Source: Amoebidium appalachense (taxonomy: Eukaryota; Protista; Ichthyosporea). From it: a stretch of DNA of 64,000 nt. Location of the stretch: NCBI GenBank assembly GCA_963693365.1, contig CAVNZM010000001.1, forward strand, positions 9,874,907 to 9,938,906. Direction: 5' to 3'. The notes under the pieces were generated by a model. That model saw only the letters and a program-made list of their open reading frames with translations. It had not been told where the DNA came from and searched no databases. Below, piece after piece: positions 24,856-46,753 of the stretch. A program made the translations under genes and the position numbers. How positions within the stretch are numbered: the first letter of the stretch is position 1; every line of letters begins with the position of its first letter.

Positions 24856-27442
24856 CACGTGTCACACACACAGGCATGCACGCTCTCATGTCCGCCACTC
24901 TATCTATTCAGGGCCCTTTCGGCGGTGTCAGTATTCACCCCCTCCGCTTCCTCCGTGACACTCCTTCGTGCGCCGAATTCCCTGAGGCTCCTGCAGCTGC
25001 CAGGCATACAAAATAATAATATGCACCCAACCCATATATTTCACTACCCTAATTAGGAATCCATTGAATGGTTATTATCTGCCGCAATGCATGTTTTACT
25101 GTTAGCCTTCTCCGGCCATATGTGCAAGGCAAACAATTCGAAGTGCTAGATTCTAATATATAGCTATAGGGAGTTCCCATAGTAGAAGAAATTCATTTAC
25201 ATTGTAAATGATGGAAAAACAGGTGGAAACTGGGCCATTGATCGAATGCCTGTGCACACACGTGATCACATGTACACATCACTCATCTAGATGAGACTCC
25301 GGCTCACGCGTGCGGCCCTTAAACACCCGTTTGACTCAAACACGTGGCTCAATTAAACATGACTCCGGGAAGGACAAAATATCGGATAATTTGATTGAGT
25401 TTACTCTATTATGATTTCCTTTTTAACTTTTTCAAAGGCCACATCACCGTTTGGCAAGGTGTAAACTACTACAGCTGGGCATGTGCAGTTCGAACTTCGT
25501 AGAAAAGACACACAACACGGAAGCTCAACACTGAGAATCTGTACAAATCATCTTCAAAAACCTGATCGATATCGTTCGTAAGCCGGAAACTAAATTGATA
25601 CGCGGAACTTTCAAATTAAATCCCCGTAAACGCCAAGTGCAGGGGGAGCAGCCATGTACTCGATTTTATCTGTTGTTCACCCAGCAAGAAACTTTAAAAG
25701 CGGGCACTCGCGAAATTTGCAAAGACGGTATTCCTTTTTTATTGTAAATATAAAATCATGAGACTGATTTTCATTGAAGCAAATGACACATAAATAAGAA
25801 GAATAGAACTCTTTACATACTTTTAAAGAGCCTTTTCGGCAGGTATGGAAGTTTCCAGTAATACAGTCCCGGTTGATGTTTGCGTGAATATATATCCGGA
25901 ATCTGCGGTTGACCAATCATTGGATGGGAGGGTCATAGGTGTGAGATCTCAGATCTCGGCGATCGCACGGGGCCCGCGGGCCCTCGCCCCGCTGGCCAAG
26001 TTGCCAGCTGCAGGCCCGACTCCATGGCCAGCCCAAAGCCGCTAAATCGACATATTGAACGCACCTTTCTTGTTTAGGGAGATCTTTTCTCCAACTGATA
26101 AATTACATATTATTTTTTATTTTTACTTTCAGTAGACTGCTCACAGGCAACAGCTGACAAGTTCGAATTCCACTGATGTTGCGGAGGCTGTGCGATCGGC
26201 TGGTGCCAGGTCACGTGACCATAACTTGCTTCCTACTAGGACGCTCTCGCACAGCTATTAGATTTTTCGCTCTGCCACAAAACGTTACCAAGTGTTAGCA
26301 TTGTCATGCGGGTAACTTGATCATGAACAAGAGGACTATAAAAACTATAAAATAGTTGGGGCTTTTTCTTGGCGTATGCCGCACGTTGTAATAGCATTCT
26401 TCTTGCCTCAACGCCAAGAAGAATAGGCACTTCGGACCGTGGCAAAATCACTGCGTGACATGTAGCGATTCCAGGCATGCATCAACTTGAACAAGAAACG
26501 GCTGTGATTGGCTTTTTTTGAAACCAGATTGGTGCGTTCCTCGAACGGTCCAATCCGAGGTACTCTACACCAAATTACATCGCAGAGATATCTTTGAACA
26601 TTTTTATAATTGGCTATCTAAGATGCTGTCATTCATTCAGGAAAGGGATATATCATTAAACTTTTTTGTTTTAACAGGAGAATATAATAAAAAAATCATA
26701 AATATGTTTATGAGCTTGCCAATTTGTTAAATACGGATTATTAATTCGTAGTCATTTTTGCGGAGGCTGCTGGATACCGGACCCGTAGATAGTTAAATTG
26801 TAGTCGTAGACAGTAAAGTTGTAATATAGACCTTTTGTTTCAGGATAACACTCGCATTCCGTTGATCAAGTTGATCGAGGACCGAGGGGCACGTTCGTTC
26901 CTTTTTGGTCGTGACACGCACGGGCCAACGTTTTGTGTGAGAATCAAATGGCAAAGTTTAACGTAGAACGTCTGAAACATATGCAAGTAGAGTAAGCTCT
27001 ATGTTTCTACCCTTTTAGTCGATAATTGAACTATAACACATGTGCATAAACTGCATTGTATAGCTCTTTAGCACCTAGTCGTGGCCATGGTTTTTTTTTA
27101 CCGGCTTCAGCCGTAGTTTTTCACGATATCTGGAGCAAATATTTCACAGCTAGCCTAACCCTTTCCTTGTGTTACAAGCAAACTCATTCACTGAGCTAAG
27201 TGCATTGTAGGTGTTGACATAATAAATATTTTATGTGCCTCTAACTGCACCTATTTACGTGCTTTTTTACATAGGTTGAGTAAGATCACCGTTTTTCTTT
27301 AGCAGACGAAGCATCCCCACTAATAGACCACAAAAGAATTTTTGTGAACCTACGTGCACCACCTTTTATAATTATGCTTCGTTCCTTCACTGACGGTTCT
27401 TCCCATTTTTTGTAGCTAATCGGTCGTTTGGTGTTTAAAAAC

Positions 27443-30672
<3,230 letters not shown>

Positions 30673-30884
30673 GAGCGCGAAGAGATTTAAGCCGTCTTCT
30701 CCTGAGCTCGACTAGGGGTGGGGTTAAATTTTTGAAGCGTTTTTATTTATTTAATTGTTAATTATTTTGTTTGTTTTTTTTGTGGGGGGGGGGGGGGGAG
30801 GGGGGGGGGAGGAAGAGGTCCTTTTTGATGTGTAATGTGTTTGTGGATAGGTAAAAAGATGCACCGAGTGTGTGTGTGTGTGTG

Positions 30885-30938
<54 letters not shown>

Positions 30939-31906
30939 TCTTGTGTGGATATGTGTAGAACCTGATAGCCTGTTTGGGGAAGGGGGGTCCGGGGGGGGGG
31001 GGGGGGGGGGCTCTCTTCATATCACTGTATTAGTCCGTTTTTCACGCTTTCTTTTCTGGGTGGGGGGGGGGGGGGGGGGGGGGGTTGTTCATACATATAC
31101 TATCTTCTTGCTACCTGCGTAAATTTTGCACCGAGTTTTTTAATGAAAATACATACGATGACACAGTCGCTGTTGTGTTTGGTCGAATCAATACGCACAT
31201 ATAGCTCTGTATGGACCCCAGGATAGCCTAAATTCCTGCTTTCCTGTTTGCCAATATTCGAAGTCTGTTGCGTATAAGGGGTTGAAGTCTTACTGGTTCA
31301 GAATGGAGATTCACCCCCTTTTTTTTCTTTTCTTTTCTTTTTTTTTTTTGGTTTTGGTTTAACCGGTTTTTTGGTGTTGGTTTTGGGGGTTTTGTTCTGC
31401 CGTTTCAAAATTATTCTTTTTGGGAGTTTTTTGTTCTGCCGTTTCAGAATTATTCAGAAACTCGTGGTTGCATGATGAGAGCGATGTACTTGTACGCATT
31501 TTATTCATAATTGCATTTTTTGTTTTCCTTTTTTCCAGGTTTTGAAAAGCCCGAAATGCCATATAATCGTTTCAGTTCTTTACGCCGACCCCGTGATGTG
31601 TGGCTTAGCCTGGAATGAAAGAAGAGGTTTTTTCGTTATTTTGCTGATGATTATACGCTGTGAGAGCGTGTTGGGGGGCCTCTGGTCGCTAAAGAGGTGT
31701 CCGTGAATTCGAGTTTTTCGTAAGAAAATACACCGAAATTTACTAATGAATATGCGCTTTGAAAGCGTGTGTGAAGCCTGTGGCTTACGAATGCCCGGGA
31801 ATTTGAGTTTGAGAGGAAAATTAACGAGAAGTAAAATAAACCAGATGCATCTGGTATGCTAAAGGGGGGTGATTACGGTAAAGATTGGCACGCAAATTCG
31901 ACTTTG

Positions 31907-32330
31907 TGCTTCATGATGTGGGAATCCGACTTTCCCACCCTGCTTCATGTGTGAATGCGACTTTTCCATCACTGCTTCATGTGTGAATGCGACTTTCCCA
32001 TCACTGCTTCATGTGTGAATACGACTTTCCCATCACTGCTTCATGTGTGAATACGACTTTCCCATCACTGCTTCATGTGTGAATACGGCCTTCCCACCAC
32101 TGCTTCATGTGAAATACGACTTTCTCACCATTCCTTTTTGTGTGAATACGACTTTCCCATCACGTGCACTGCTTCATGTGTGAATACGACTTTCCCATCA
32201 CTGCTCCATGTGTGGATACGACTTTCCCATCACTGCTTCATGTGTGAATACGACTTTCCCATCATTGCTTCATGTGTAAATACGACTTTCCCATCACTGC
32301 TTCATCTGTGATACGATTTTCCCATCACTC
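31907..32330. repeat. 32-bp minisatellite, about 13 copies, with a degenerate tail to ~32700
   Basis: Unit TGCTTCATGTGTGAATACGACTTTCCCATCAC, head-to-tail with no spacers. Confidence 0.95.
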
Positions 32331-32765
32331 TTCCCTGCGGCTGCTTGATGCGCGTGAAAAAGAGTTTCCAAGATTGAATAATACGACGTTCCCGCCAATA
32401 CTTCAGCATATGTGGTTTCCTCAGCGCTCCGATCATGCGTGAAAAGGACTTTCCCACAATTGTATACTTCGTATATGAATACGACTCTCCGAGGTGAATA
32501 CGACTCCCTACCACATGACCATGGTTGAATACGGCTTTCCCACTGCTGATATGATCATAGCAAGAGTACGACTTTCATGTGCCGACCTATTCACGTGTAA
32601 ATATAACCTAAAAACTTCATAAATGCAGAGATGTGTGAATACGACCACCCACCACCGCATGATTCATGCGTGATTTAGGCTTTCCCACCACGTATTCATG
32701 CGCGACGCTATAGTTTCTATTATTCCACCGGTTGTGTATTTGTGTCTGTGTGTGTGTGTGCGTGC

Positions 32766-32803
<38 letters not shown>

Positions 32804-32829
32804 GTATGTGTGCGCGGCAATGGGGAGAA

Positions 32830-32882
<53 letters not shown>

Positions 32883-33749
32883 GAAGCACACGAAACCCCA
32901 TGCCTTGATGCCGCATAGGAGTCATTGACAAGTATTTATCACAGTGAGGATATCAGAGCGTCCCCAAAAGGTTATGGGGAAAAATTTACCAAATTTCGAT
33001 TCATCAGAATCGTCAGAAGTAATCCTAGGACTAAACACGAAGCCAAAAAAGTCATCAGATTTTGGTGATTTGGAAAGTCTAGACCCGCTGGGTTACTTCA
33101 AGTGCGTGTGTGTGTGTGTGTGTCCGTGTGTGTGTTTGTGCGTGCGTGTGCATGTGTGTGTGTGTCTGTGTGTGTGTGTCTGTCTGTGTGTATGTGTGTG
33201 TGTGTCTGTGTCACTGTGCGTGTGTGCGTGCGTGTGTGCGTGCGTGCGTGCGTGCGTGCGTGCCTGCGTGCGTGCGTGCGTGCGTGTGTGTGTGTGTGTG
33301 TGCGTGCGCATGTGCCGTGTGCGTGTGTATGTGCGTGTCTGTATGTGTGTATGTGATCTGCTATGCAAAACACAGTCCATCTGATCTGAGTTGTTGGATC
33401 AACCAGTCCCTGAGATCTAAATCCACCAAAGCAGCCCATGTTAATACAGCTTTAATCGCCCAATGATAATCCATAATCCATTTCTAGTTCTAGGATAATA
33501 GTTATATCACTTCTCTTCAGCATATTAGTAAATAATAATAATTTTTCTAGAATAATCAGGAATACTAATGCAAAAAAGGTAAAAAGTTCTTTCTATAGAA
33601 TCAATGAATTCTACAGCGCGTGCCTACCCCCCCGCCGGAGGTGCATGGAACAGCGTTGTCAGATTCGGGTCAATGCATTGACAGGGGACCTTGTACTTAG
33701 TATGTGCATGTGTGTGCGTGTGTGTACGTGTGTCTATGTGTGTGTGCGC

Positions 33750-33806
<57 letters not shown>

Positions 33807-33918
33807 AGGAGGGGTGGGAGGGGGAGTGGGGAGAGAGAAGCTAGGGAAATATAATCCAAGTTTTTGGTGGGGGGGGTAGAGAGAGAGAAGCTAGGAAAAA
33901 ATTATTCCAAGGTGTCGA

Positions 33919-34820
33919 TTACTTTCTGTAATCGACCGATCCGGGGCTCAAACAGTGATCGAACGACGCACCACACTCTCCCATTGGCCCACAGCAGTAC
34001 TTCCGCATTTTGGTATCGGGGTTGCACTGCGACGTCTTCCCGTCTGGCATTGGGTGGCGGGGACCACATCTTCCGTCCGCCCGCCACTTCAATTTCCACG
34101 TTGTGGCGGGGTTTTGGCGGTAATCTATCGCGCCGGGGACCGAACAGTGTTGGAGCGACGCACCGCAATACCCCTGGGGGGAACAACAGTACCTTTTCAA
34201 ATTCAGGGAGGGGGAACATTGGCCCGGGGAGCCGTTCGGGAGGGGGTTTTTCGGGCCGCAGAGGTAATCGGATCTCCATTTTTGGGTTGATGTTGTGCCA
34301 CCGCCCGCTTTCGGTTTTGAGGCCGGGGCCGGCGCTTTCGGTTTTGAGGCCGGGGCCGGGACGGGTTTCGGGTTCGGGTCGCGGTAGTTGATCGATCCGG
34401 GTCTGGTGCAGTAATCGGAACCGAATCCACACCATCCCTGTATTTTGATTGGGCGTTGTTAGTTGGTTCTTTTCCAGAAGAGGGATGACCCCCCCCTCTT
34501 CTCCCTCCCCCCCCCCACACACACACAGACACACAAACATGCTCCCCCTCCCCTTCCCCCCGCCCTCCGCTTTCACTGCCCATATCCGTCGTATTCACAC
34601 CATCCTCCCTCCCCCTCCCCCCCTCCCCGCCTTCTCCTCCCCCCCCCCCCCCCCCCTCCCCCCCCCCCCCCCCCCCGCCCCTTCCTTGCCGGCTGAGAAT
34701 ATGGCATGACGACTAAAAAATTAATTCACACATCCCTTTCTCAGCAACGTGTACAGGCACAGTCACACACGTAGGAATGTACAGACACATGTACACAAAC
34801 AGTTATGTCCGATCACATGG

Positions 34821-34918
<98 letters not shown>

Positions 34919-35019
34919 CGACACGCAAACACACACAGACACAAGCATGTATGGACACTTTAACAGGCACATGGGCATGTACAGGCACATGGACATAACA
35001 CATTCTCATTTGTGGACAT

Positions 35020-35063
<44 letters not shown>

Positions 35064-36637
35064 GCAGATCCAAGCACAGCCCTCACTTCTCTGTACACAA
35101 GGACACAAAGAATCAATCCTTCTAGCATTCATAATAGTATATCTGCCACCCCCCCCCCCCCCCACCCTCCCTCCTCCCTTTCCCATGCCCTTCCCTTTTT
35201 TCTTTTTCTCTTTTTTCTTTCTTTCTTTCTTTCTTTCTTTCTTTTTTTGGGGGGGGGGGAAGGGGGAGGGGACGGATAAAAGAAAAAAGGGACGGATAAA
35301 AGAAAGGGGCGGATAAAAGAAAGGGGACGGATAAAAGGGACGGATAAAAGAAAGGGGACGGATAAAAGAAAAAAGAGAAAAAGAGAAAAAAGAAGAAAAT
35401 AAAAGAAATGCAGTGACCTCAACACTCACCTCAGGGGAGCAGCAATAAGTCCACCCGCCTGGGTTGCATTCCGACGGTTTCCCGTTAGCCAATGGAAACG
35501 CAGCCCCGCACCGTCCGTCGGTGCGCCAACGAATCACAGGCGCCGGTGCCGGCGCGGGAGGAGGGGGAGGGGGGGGTGCGACCGTAGGCTTGGCTATGGG
35601 GGGATTCGTGGTTGAAAGTTTAGGGATCGATTTTCCGGTTCTGTAATTTACCGACCCCGGTGAGTTGCAAGAATACGGGGTTGACCCACACCTCCCGTCC
35701 GGCCCGCAGCAGTAATTGTCCGAAGTTTTGTCGCATTCAGACACGGGACCCCACGGAAGGGGAAATTGTGGCCCGCACCGGTTATCCCCACGAAATTTCG
35801 GAAGTTCAAACGCGAACCCCGTCTCCGGTTGTTCGACCACGTTATTTTCCGGTTTTTCCTCCTGGATTTCCCCGTTTTCGGGCGTCTCTTCGACAGTTTC
35901 GTCGGCTTTTTTTCCATTTGTACCTGTGTTTGTTTCGGTTGTACTGTTTTTGGTGGTTGCTAGCTTTGTTACCCCTGCCGCGCCGCCGGTTTCCAAACTT
36001 CCTGGGTAGGGGGATGTATCGAAATTTACGCCGAGGGATTTCATCCAATCGAGATATTTGGAGACTCGGGTGTAGACACCGTACATCATGGCATCGGCAC
36101 ACCCGGCACCAAAACTGACAATTCCCACCTGTATTAATGGAATGGCGAGGGACACCGGTTAGATGGATGTGTGTGTGTTGGGGAGGGGAGGGGGGTGAGG
36201 GGGGTAGGTTGTGTGGTTGGTATGGGTGTGTGTTTGGTGTGTGCATGTGTGTTAGGGTGCGGAGGGGGGGGAGAGGGGGGGGGGAAGGGGGGGTGTGCGT
36301 GTGCGTGTTGGGGGAGAGGGGGGCAGGGGTTTAGCCGTGCGTGTGTGCGCGCCTGCACGAGAACGTGTGTCTGTGCGTGTGCATGTGTGTGCACGCGCGT
36401 GTGTGTGCGTATGTGTGTACGCGAATGCGTGTGTGTGTGCGCCCTTCAACACAGGTGTGTGTGCATCACCTTTTGAGGCAAGAAACAGCAGGTTACTAAG
36501 TCGATCATGTGTGTTTGATTGAGCTCATGGGCATTCCTGTGTGTTTTGCCACTAGTGCCTGCTTCTTTGCACATTCTTGGGACGGGGTTGGGGACGGGGG
36601 GTGGGGGCGGGGGTGGGGGGTGGGGGGTGGGGGGGAA

Positions 36638-36672
<35 letters not shown>

Positions 36673-37083
36673 GGGGATCATGCTCTATATATGCATCAGG
36701 GGGTGGCATGGATGGAAGCAATACAACTCAAGAAAGCCCCACAAAAACCAAAACGCAAAAGTGATTCCACTTCAATTGTCAAGGCAGAAGACATTTAAAC
36801 GGATTTTACCTGGTGTGTTTCAATCTCTTCACAAACCTCATACAAGTTCCGACTCTTTCACCTCTCCACAGATCCCTGTGGTTCTAAACCCATCCTTTAC
36901 CTCAAACAAATTATGCGTATGAGGGGACGAGAGGGGTGTTTGGGGGGAGGGGATGGTGGGGCAAGGGGGGAGGGAGTTTATAGAAGGGTTGGAGGGGTTA
37001 GAATGCATTACAGAGTACAATGCAGACTTTGCACAGCACACACAGGGTTTGCACCATAATAAGCGGAGCCCATTATCAACCTG

Positions 37084-37116
<33 letters not shown>

Positions 37117-37944
37117 TGTGGGTGTATTGGGGGGGGGGGGGGGGAAGGGGGGGGGGGGGGTGAGGGGTGGGAAAGAGGCACAAACCTGTCTTGGCTCCCC
37201 ATCTCCGCCCGCAAACAGGGGGCCCCCGCTATCCCCCTGGCACGCATCCTTCCCACCAGCATCAAACCCAGCACACACCACCGTGTCGGGTAGTGGCCCG
37301 TAAGTGTCCTTGCATCGCTTTGGGCCAACCACAGGGACACTCACCTTCATCAACTTACTGGAAGAGATGGAACCATTGCTGGCTAATGTTCCCCACCCGG
37401 TTACCTCCAAGACCTTTCCTTCCTGTTCGAACTGAGACTGGCTGGAGTTCGTCACGCGGATTTTGTCCCCAGGGATAACCGTGTTCACGCGCAGAATTGC
37501 AATGTCATTAACATGTGTGGTTATGCTGTATTGTGGGTGGATTATGGCGTCGACAATGGAGAACGTCTGGAACTGCTCGGGATGGGAAAGGTCAAAACCC
37601 CCCACACGCACGTTGTCGGTGAGAATGTAATCCATGTCGATGCAATGTGCGGCCGTGAGGATGTACTCGGGGGCTATTACGGACGCCCCACAGTAGTGGT
37701 TCCAGCCCGCATTGTTCAAAAATCCGATGGATGCCATCCATGGTCTGGGCTCGGTTTCACGGCCCCCGACTATGCGAATTTCGGTCGAGAAAGGGGTGAA
37801 TGAAGGCTTTGCAACAACTACAGGGGCTGAAACATCTTGTGCCTGCAAAGGAACTTCTTGTGCCTGTGAAGGGGCATCTTGTGCCTTTGTAGGAGAGGCG
37901 ACATAAAGCCCCCATCCAACGAGGGCAAGTTTTGGTACTTTCAT
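33919..37944 (-). CDS. Secreted S1A trypsin-like serine protease with four C-terminal hevein/chitin-binding type-1-like repeats, 658 aa (exons 37944-37186, 36128-35430, 34437-33919)
   Basis: Signal peptide, R|IVGG activation site, LTAAHC, NDIAIL, KDACQGDSGGP and GVYTRVS. All joins are phase 0. Four (W/F)RxDxxCG..C..CC..GxCG..C..(N/D)YR repeats. Confidence 0.95.
35267..35370. repeat. Intronic minisatellite GGGACGGATAAAAGAAA, about 6 copies
   Basis: Directly visible. Confidence 0.85.
36994..37084 (-). repeat. Intronic dispersed element, copy 2 (internally shortened)
   Basis: Minus strand reads (C)nGCAGGTTGATAATGGGCTCCGCTTAT..GCATTCTAACCCC in intron 1 of the protease gene. Confidence 0.7.
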
Positions 37945-38552
37945 GTTGGGAGTTTAGGTGAATGCATGTGCGTCTTTGTGAGCTTTGGAGTGACTGAGAT
38001 TGTTGAGTTGTGTGACAAATTGGTAGAGCTAAAACTTAATAAATGATGTATGCTCGTTTCCTGTGATGACACTACTCTATGATGGTCTTATGCAGTCTTT
38101 TGCTGGCTGCGGCGTCGGCTGAAAACGTTGAGTGAACGCGGCAACAACAGCATATGCCACAATATGCCACAAATGCCGTACGTGTGCATGAAAGAGTGTG
38201 CGTAAAGGGTATATATGCTCTGATTTTTTGCCACCGGAGCTTGAGAAGGAAGTAAAAAATGGCTGTTTGGGGACGGAAGGTGCCGCAAACTCAACCCCGA
38301 CAAGTTAAGCCCCCCACCGTTTCATGTATTGTGTACGTGAACAGAAAACAAACACGGGGACCCGGTTTGTTTCGATATGTTGAGTTATGCATGATATATC
38401 ACGCATGAATAATGTCGCTACCATTCGCGAATCAAATGATAGTTTACTTATGGCTCATGCATTCCTGGTTTGATTTCAATCTGAGGGACTTGATCAACCT
38501 CCTGTCGACTGCGAGTGATGTTATAGGAGTCTCATATGTGCGCATTGAGCGT

Positions 38553-43160
<4,608 letters not shown>

Positions 43161-43839
43161 TCATTCCTTTATATACCTGCCATGGTGAAGAATCGGGAAA
43201 AAAGTTGACGTGAATAAAAACTTCACGAGTTATCCAGTAACAAGTGCATACTGAGATACCTGAACACTGTGTGAAAATCATATAAATACTCAATGGACAA
43301 TGTGACGTGTAGACATGGTTGTGTACATTCACGTGCACACCGTGCTGTTCCCCCACAACCAGTCTACGTGCCTTTGTGTCTTCAGTTCCATGGTGAGCAC
43401 GTTTTGGAAAAATGGCAGGGCAAGCTGGACGAGTTGAAGCAGGGAAACATGGAGGTTTCGGAATTGATAATCCGCGTAACCGGACAAATCTGTCCTAATT
43501 AATGGCTAAAAAGGACAAAAGTGTCCTATCTTTTTCGGCGGCGCCGCTAGCGTTGTTTTCGCAAGGAAACACCCCACAAGCTGGGTATGGCCAATGAGGT
43601 CTAGTATTTTCCTGCCTTTTTTGTCTTTATAGGAAACCAATAGGACTGCAGGGTGAGTAGCTTTTGGCGCGCAAAAGATCATGGGTGCAACCGTTTTCCC
43701 CCAGTTTTGGGGTGTCCGACTGTCCGATCACGGACACCGTTTGGTGTCCGAACTAAAAGACACCGCATGATTGTTTGCGCGCTAGAAAACAAAAAGAACA
43801 AGATAGAATTAGAGTAGAAATAGGTGAAAAGAAAAGAAA

Positions 43840-44444
43840 ATGGTTAGGCGTTTAAGGAAAGACCCGAGAGTTTGGGTTTTCCACGCATCTTTGATGGTAA
43901 AGTCAGGAACGATGATGAACGTTGGACTACAGAGCAGTTTGGTGAAGAATGGGAAACGAAACAGCTCACAGGCACAACTGCTGCAAGTATTAAAGAACAA
44001 TAAATGGTTGGTACACATAGACTACGACGGGAAAGTAGAAGAAGTACCACGGAGCGAGATTCAGCTAGTTGTGGGATGTGCGAAGGCGTATATATTCTTT
44101 TTATTGAGGGGAGGGGGGAGGGGGGAGGAGGGGGGGCGGGGGCTCGCCCTCTCCCTCTCCCATCCCCCCCATACGTTGGCAGGATAAGGATTTCAGCATG
44201 CGTGTAGTAACGACGGCAGGAAGTACGGAAGCAGGAGCTCCCCGTATCACAAAAAACGGAACACAAGTGCCCATGCCAAAAGCAGTGCGCGAATTCTTCA
44301 CATATTTCAACAGTGCAGACGTACACAACAAACTCCGGCAAGGGAACAGTTCACTCGAGCAGGCATGGGTCCCCCACACCCTGGCACCGCACCTTTGCTG
44401 GGTTAGTTGGTATGGTGTTTGTAAACACCTACCTGGCCTACAAG

Positions 44445-44445
<1 letters not shown>
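43840..44445 (+). pseudogene. piggyBac-like transposase relic, internally deleted and frameshifted
   Basis: PKAVREFFTYFNSADVHNKLRQG..LEQAW../WHRTFAGLVGMVFVNTYLAY resembles the region around the third catalytic Asp of piggyBac-type transposases. There is a frameshift at ~44380 and GGACA..TGTCC dyads at 43481-43750. Confidence 0.7.
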
Positions 44446-44982
<537 letters not shown>

Positions 44983-45006
44983 ACTTAAAATGAAAAGGGC
45001 GCTCGT

Positions 45007-45038
<32 letters not shown>

Positions 45039-46036
45039 CGGGGGGAGTGGGGGTATTGATAACTGGAATACTGGGAGGGGGGAGGCGAGGTGAGGGAAGA
45101 GGGGTTAGGGAGGGGAAAGGGGGGTATCACACGGTGTTGCATATAAATATGCTCGACACTTCATAATAGGTCTGAGACTTCATATCAAGATATTACACGG
45201 ATGTAGCGGTAAAGAAGGCGGGTGGCCATGGGGACAGAAGGGGAAACACAAACCGGTAAAGATGTGGCTTCTAAATCTAGCTGACGTGCCAAAGCACTCA
45301 AGCCGTCCACACGGGCGGTAAGCATGAGCGTTGAGCATTGCATGCATTTCCTGTTTAAGCACGATGCCAAGTGTAAGCTATTGTTTGTTTGTCTGCATCA
45401 TCTGGTGTCAGGCAGCGTGCGTGCGCCATATGGGTACCTGCGTGTGGCCATGGTGGTGCCCTCCCCACTTATTTCGGCATTGAAGTTATTCCTAAGACGA
45501 TTATTATTGTCACGAAGTGGGGCCGGGAGGTGGAGAGGGTGGGGAGGGAGAGGGAGGGGGGGGAGGGGAGGGTGGTGGTGGTGGTGGTGGTGGTGGTGGT
45601 GGTGGTGGTGGTGGTGGTGGTGGTGGTGGTGTTACATAAACTTTGACAACTAGGTCAAGGTGGGAGATCCCTCACATTTAAAAACATAGGGTTCAGTCAA
45701 TCAAAGCCACAACGTTACGTTAGGAGGCCAACCTGCAACATGTACAGATCACTAGTGCACAATTCTTAAGCGCCAAAAGGAAACGTTTCCCACTAAGGGC
45801 ACGGAGATAGCAGCCCCACCCACTCAACTCCACAGATCCCTCGTACCACCGCGCCGTTTGCCACAGAAACATCGGCAGTCTCAGGCCGGCACCCCAGGAG
45901 CCGGCCGGCCCGGCGGGCGGCCGGGGCTCGGAAATCGTATTCCAAGCCTTGATCATCATGATACGGCCGCCTCTCTCGTACATAAGTTTAGGTATGATAT
46001 ATTTTATGCATTTTTATCCGTATAAATATATTGCTA

Positions 46037-46079
<43 letters not shown>

Positions 46080-46714
46080 CACATACATACATACATTATG
46101 TACACGCATGTCATCGATATCATCCGATCGGCGATCAATCCGATGATCATGCGCACGCCCGGCGGACCTACAATATGTCGATCACAATGGCGACTCCACT
46201 GAACTATAGCATCACTAGAAAGAAAATAAATACGTGACAAATAAATACCAAACATATAAATAATAATATTATGCATGTTTTTCTTCTTGATAAATAAAAA
46301 AAGAGCACGCTGTCGCGATGCCATGACAACAAGTGGAGGGTTGTTCTGATCAGATGGCCAAAAAGTGCCGCGGATTGATTCGACCTTAATGGAGTGCGGG
46401 CGAAGGAATGTATCTTGTAGCCTGGTCTTTAAAAGTTTAGGCTCAATCGTTTTCATTGTATTCTTTATTGTGAGATGATTGGTGTCTCTCAAGTGCATTC
46501 CATTGTGTACACCATAGTCACCAATACCATTCCCTCGGAGCCCTCCGCGATTGGCTGACGGTACTCTCGGTCCCCCACCAATCACCATTCCCTCGGAGCC
46601 CTCCGCGATTGGCTGACGGTACTCTCAGAGTCTCGGAGGGGGGGGAGGAGAGGAGAAAACAACTGAAAAATGCAGAATAATGACAGAAGAAGGGGGTGGG
46701 GGGTCCTCGATGTC

Positions 46715-46753
<39 letters not shown>

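Noticed and set aside
25680-25900. Possible minus-strand exon (CCGCAG..GTATGT)
   Set aside because: No recognisable product or consistent partner exons.
26130-26230. tRNA or SINE suggested by a GTTCGAATTC B-box-like motif
   Set aside because: No cloverleaf, A-box or acceptor stem could be built.
31907-32700. 32-bp repeats as a CRISPR array
   Set aside because: The units abut with no unique spacers, there are no cas genes, and the context is eukaryotic; it is a minisatellite.
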